DNA of 64,000 nucleotides. Origin: Fimbriosthenelais zetlandica (Eukaryota). Under the pieces are notes generated by a model, which worked only from the letters and a program-made list of their open reading frames with translations, made no database searches and had not been told where the DNA came from. Each line of letters starts with the position of its first letter. The first letter of the stretch is position 1. The position numbers were made by a program, and so were the translations under genes. The stretch covers positions 6,324,001-6,388,000 of the forward strand of contig OZ365115.1 of NCBI GenBank assembly GCA_977030845.1. The letters run 5' to 3'. Of the stretch, positions 58,401 through 64,000 are shown piece after piece.

Positions 58401-60399
58401 AAAGAACACTGTGCTCGAGTGCAATAAAAACATCATAGACAAATGCAGATAGTGTTCCATACAATAGAGCTGGCTATTGATGTAAGTGAAGATTTATAGG
58501 GGGTGAGTCTGGTGCTACATTAATGAGAGAGTTTGTGGTCAGAAGCAGTAAGTCACTGATGGCTTTAAACGAGCCGCTTATCAGTTCTACCACGTCTCTC
58601 TCACCTCCTCAGGTCAGAGGTCATGAGAAACTGGGGCAATGTATAGAGGGGTGAGTGTACTAGGCAGCAGCTGGGGATGCTGGAGGAGGGGGAGGAGAGG
58701 ACGTTATGAATCATTCAATCTACAGCCTCTATTCTACTAACATACAAGATCACAGCTCTCAGTTGGTTAAAATGCTGATTAATTAAAACTTGGATGATTC
58801 GAAAACTAAATATAGGCTGCTTGCAAATAGTCAGGCCTATCTCCACCAACTATATAGTGGCTAATATTAAGCTACTACACAATACCTTTTAGATAGTTAT
58901 AGAGATAAAATATATATTATGCCCCTTCTAAAAGGGTTTCCAATTTTATGCATAACATCATTCCACACCATGGAAATTCCTATAGGCCTACTTCCCAAGA
59001 AAGTTTCCATGATAAGATAGTAGACACCAGTGCAATATGCAGTCAGATGGACTGTAATTTAGCTTTGATTTAAACATTTTTTTATATATATGGACAATTC
59101 CCATGCAGGCCATGGCGAGGCGCTCTTGTAGTCGATGGGAGACCAGCAAAACAAGCGAGTGTGCGCGCTAGGTCTAGCAACTATTATGATGAATGGTGGG
59201 GTACACACTAGAGAAGTTTAATCAACAAGTTGTTATGACCTCATAGGCACCCAGGAGAGCAGGCAAAGAGTGCCTACACATCGATGTGTCACCTCCAGTG
59301 CACTAAAGGCAGTACGGGAGGAGGAGCTAAACCGGCAGGAGGAGGCACAGCAAGAGGTTGTTGGCATAATTGTACTGGAGTAGAATTGGGGTCGCCCAGT
59401 GCACTGCTGTTCTGAGGCAAAATAGTAGAAATTTAACTCCATGGCAATTATAGTCCCCACTCAAGCTTTCTGAACTCAAGTCTCAAGAGAACTTGATGAG
59501 TGCCTCCTCTATGGATACATTGACACCAAGGGTTATTTAAAGCTCCGATGCATTGAGTGGATATCTTGTAATTTTCTTATAGAAAAAATAAATGAATCCA
59601 TGATACTGATCCATATTACTCCGTCGCAGAATATTATACCCCTGGAAGAGGTAGAGCAGGAGGAGAAGGGGGCAAAGGGGAATCCCCTCTCACCTATAAG
59701 AGGTGCACCCACCAACCCCCATAGTGGATACCTCTTTTGAAGAGAGACCTGGGAATTCGTGGAAAGCCCAGATTTTTGTAGCTGACCCTGTGGTTAGGGA
59801 TTATGGGCCGTTGCAGGGTGAATGATGGTGTTGCGTGTTGTTGCATCGCCTCAATGCTTAGCACTCTGTTTGGCCATGCCTGGCTGAACACACGTGCAAG
59901 GTGTATTGAAAACAATAGTCAACCAGCCGTGACTGACAGAGATAGTTTGATTGTTGACTTGCTGTATAATGGCTCATTTGATGGATGATCAGCTCATTTG
60001 TGATGTCTATTCATGTGAGAAGCATGATAGATGACTGCGATATATCTTTTGGATGCACCGAAGTCCTGAGTGTTCCTCACTAATTTGTCAGTTATATGTT
60101 TAACTATTTGTTTTCTTTGATGGACAGTCTTGTTGCATCGGTCTATACTGTATACCTAGCTGTGCAGCTTATTTGAAGAACCCATTAGACTCTTTCCCCA
60201 TTTCAACCCATTTTCTTGCATCTATGAATGCATGTTGAGATGCATGATAAGATGTATGATAAGATGTATGATATTAGGCATACATCCATCTACCCTGAGC
60301 CACACCTATATCTACACATGCATCTAACGAGAACCCTTCATTGTGTCTGTCTTCTCTGATCGATCTATCTACACACCTATCCCACTATTTATGTAGCCC

Positions 60400-60720
60400 A
60401 AATCTCAACAATTCCATCAAATTAACCCAATTTCTTACACAATGTACCCACTTGATGGCTTTGTTATTAAGAGCATTAACTGATCCAATACAGGGAATTT
60501 ATGTCCTTGCACTTGAGTTAGTGCATAGAGATCCATCACCCGAGCTAGGCCCCACCTGAAGCACCTGTCCAATATAAGAGAGCATGATATTTGACATGTT
60601 TCAATGACATACTGACCTTTAGAACAGTATGCTAAGGTAATTACCCCAGCACATGTTGATACCTCAGTCTCTATACTTCCCAGGGGCTGTGCCATATCTT
60701 GATAAGTGTCTGCTTCCATC
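60400..60720 (-). mobile_element. possible decayed CR1/L2 ORF2 C-terminal fragment
   Basis: Frameshifted minus-strand NNKAIKWVHCVRN resembles the post-RT KA..MYK..NG segment; weak. Confidence 0.25.
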
Positions 60721-62899
60721 TATAACTTAACTAGAAACTTGCATGAATCATGGTAAATTATGAACGTAGGGAAACCCCCCATTCTCCCACTAATTATCAT
60801 GCACTTCTCTTTGTTATAGGTTAATTCGGCATTGTCCTGTCCACATCATGTGAGTAAGATTAGTTTACATTAACATATATTTTTAACAATATTATTTGCT
60901 ATTTATGAACATGTCCTTTCGTTTTGATTTCTTGAAAATCGTTAGGCAATTGGATATGGCTGAAGATAAGCCATGAAAAGTGCTTAGTATCAGTATGTGA
61001 ATGAATCATGACCTTTCCAAGAAAATCATTGAAGAAATTATCTACAGGTCGTCTATCATTCATCCCAGCACCTGACATCTAAACTGAAAATACCAACTGC
61101 CATGATTTTGATTTTTTCCCAAAAATTCGACCTCCAAATGTCTCCGCACCGTAAATGTGAGACGAAATATCACCGGCCCATTAGGTTTCTTTTGTCAATA
61201 GTTTCCAAGAAGGCAATTCTCCTAAAATATTCCCCATTTGAGTGTCTTTTTTCAAGCATACCAAAGGTCTGTTATTTTAAAGAGTCAAGTTCTTGGGAGT
61301 TTGGCATGTTGGATGTGTTGAAATATAGGCAGGGTTGGGATTTCAATAGACAGGTCCGTTTTTGGGGAGGGTGGAGACACAACCGCAGCGTCAAGTATTG
61401 GGCCATCCCTGGGGATTGTGGTTAAGGTGCCCTGATCCTTTCTAGAACCTGTCTGTCTTGGTTTTCTAGATCTAGATCCAAGAATTCTTTACAAATGGAC
61501 TGGGAAGATTAGCGATGCATCATATTATCCATTTATCAGTAACATTTACCCTTTGCAAAACTGGATTAACAGTTGAGTTGGGTTTAGGTATTTTGTGTAA
61601 GTTCATGAAGGGTCCAAGATTACTTGAGTATATTCATGGCCTTACTATACCTTTTAATGTCAAGTGTTTCCAAAAGGAGACTGTTAAATCTATTTTAAAG
61701 GTTTAAAAGTAGTTAGTGGAACTAGAGTGCAGATGGGACATGTAGCCATTCTTACTGTGAAATTGAATAAATGCAGCTGAATTACACAGGATGCATGTTT
61801 CATTTTCCTATTCTAATTCACATCCCATAGCAAATGCCTAATAAATGGTCTAGAGAGTATATAAAAAGGGACTGATTTCCACTTTCTAAAAATGTCTGGG
61901 TCAAAGGAGACTAATAGCAGTAATGCCATGGTCTTTATGACCTTTGGGAATGTCATCCATTAATATGCCTACTTGTTGGGTCATGCCATTTGTATTAGGC
62001 ACAAACCTGAAGTTGCTGTCTTAAAATTCATAAAAGCCCAGATCTTTCACTCTTCTAAATACTGTACTTTTCCTTTAAAGTCTGTTTAATCGATCCGAAA
62101 TCTAACGTGAACAATCGCCAGCAATACCTGTGTTAATCACAATGTGCTAATTACTCCAATACTGAGGAGAATCTTAAATGTTATCTCAGCCCAGTCACAC
62201 TGATCGTGACCTCTTGGAATTTAGCCACCTTGTTTTTTGCCATGTCATCAGCACTTTTGGTGACAACCACACAATTCTTTCAATTCACACCTACCTCGTG
62301 ACATTCGCCACCCGATCAATTGCCACTGCTGCCGCTGGTGGTGCTTGATCTGCAGAAGATGAAGGCTGCATGGTGGAGTGGGCGAGCACTGGTCAGTTCC
62401 AAAAAAGATTAATTAACCATGTTTAGGCAGACAAAACAACTGCTCTACAATGACTCACCTGTGTCATCCATTTGAGGGAGAGCAGATTGTTGAAGGTTAA
62501 CATGTTTTTGAGGTAAGATCAGCCACAACCTACTCAAGCCCACTGCAGCAGGTGCCAGTATTTGGTCAGAAGAGAAAACATGACCTGGTTTGCAGTGACC
62601 CCCAGAGAGTGGGATTTTGACCTATAACTAATTAGGGTAGATTAAGACGTTGGACAAAAGACAAACCATGACCTTAGAGTGACCTTAATGCTTTATTTTA
62701 AAAATCTGAGAACTTTGACTGTTTTCAGAGTGACCCTTCTGAGAGTTTTTTGATTTTGACCTCATTATTGAGGGTAAGGTCATGCTATATTGGTCATGTT
62801 AGGACCCGGATTTTGGTGGTCACGTTTGGACAGGAGAATTAGAGATATATGTCTGTACCTCATTTCCTCCAGTACTTCCAGGTGTTAGAACTAGGTTTA

Positions 62900-63060
62900 C
62901 ATTCCAGGTGCTCAAAGAATAATAGTTCACACAACCTTTGGTCCTTAGGGAACTATGGAACATCTAATGTGTCTAAAGCTCCAGGTGAGATGTCCAGATG
63001 ATCTCAATAGGCAATGTCTAGTTTTAGTATTGCAATTTATTAAGCAACTTCGGTAAGCTT
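62900..63060 (-). mobile_element. decayed non-LTR retrotransposon ORF2 3' end
   Basis: Minus strand IAILKLDIAY*DHL...FPKDQRLCEL resembles A..KLR.S.H.L.IE.GR..PR.QRLC. Confidence 0.35.
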
Positions 63061-64000
63061 CTATTGACTAATTCTTCACATATTGACTATTACCTTCGAT
63101 TTTGACGACCAACATATCTTGCATGAACTTTGTGCTTTCTGGATTCCATTTGGCTTGCCATAGTTACTCCCAGTCCTATCACATAAACTTACAAAATGGT
63201 TACAGCTTCCAAACCACAGCCCCGGCAACAGTGTTCAAAGGTGACCAAGTGCACATCGGTAAAAGCTGACGTCCAGGCAGACAGGCGTCCATTGGTGAAC
63301 TTTAGCTGAGGCTTGAGGAGGCTGAAGGGAGATGCGGGCTGGGTAAGAGCCTGGGATATTGGTTCTCTGTGGTTTTTTAAGCAATGGGAACAACATTAAA
63401 AAACATTCATCCTGCAGAAGGTTACTGCGTCTTGTCATGATCATAATTGCCCAGGGGAGATGGAACTTTCTGACAATCATCCTCAAGCTTTCCAATCATT
63501 TTCTTCATCAATATGGAGGTAATTATTTGGATGATTGCGTCATGGCGAGCAGTTAAAGACATGGCTCTCTGGGTCCTGGTTTGATGAACACGTGCTCATC
63601 TTGCACTTATTAAGTGCGTTTGATGTGATGAATCGAGATTATGGAAGCAACCTTAAGCACCAGGGTTGTGGCTCTGAATAACAAATTAATTAATTGCACT
63701 TTTGGAAATTTATGCCCAAATACAGTTGTATAGATCAACTTTTGGTAAATTTGAATATTTCTAAATAAATTATTATATTAGAGGACACTTCATAAACGTT
63801 ATCAACGATCACCAAAATCAATATAATATTTTAGGGAATTTAAGTACCATGAAAGGATTGAAATGAACAAGAATTACTGGGACAGATTTTGTTAAATCAA
63901 AGACTGAAAACACCAATGCTGAGTCACAAAATTGAGCGGAAATGCCAGTGCAATTCCATAGATTCTAAAGTGGGTTTAATTTTGGTTCTTCACGATACCA

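Noticed and set aside
1-64000. rRNA, tRNA, CRISPR arrays or prokaryotic operons
   Set aside because: None seen; the window is spliced eukaryotic DNA and the short direct repeats lack unique spacers.

Overview
AT-rich, intron-rich animal genomic DNA, probably an invertebrate deuterostome such as an echinoderm (inferred from protein similarity and repeat style, not verified). Two genes can be reconstructed exon by exon on the + strand with consistent splice phases. (1) A liprin-beta (PPFIBP1/2-type) gene: 17 core coding exons at 13074-28448, 781 aa visible, with coiled-coil, three SAM domains and a C-terminal SDV PDZ-binding motif. Its canonical N-terminal exons were not found and presumably lie upstream of the window. 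(2) A DRAM-family (DRAM1/2-like) gene: 6 coding exons at 33278-41019, 272 aa, containing a U12-type GT-AG intron. Not evident from the ORF track: two clusters of frame-preserving phase-1 candidate microexons (6-57 nt) in liprin-beta introns, an internal alternative first exon with a Cys-x-Cys/basic N-terminus, and a small three-exon minus-strand gene (53185-55492, 102 aa) built like a secreted peptide precursor (signal peptide, KR and GKK sites). Repeats include a 710-bp MITE with 14-bp TIRs and a 5-bp TSD, a 317-bp-period tandem duplication with an 18-bp micro-inversion, decayed LINE fragments, low-complexity tracts and over-represented TAGGCCTA/TACATGTA palindromes. There is one 131-nt assembly gap. 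No rRNA, tRNA or CRISPR array was seen. All gene models come from manual reading and need transcript evidence.
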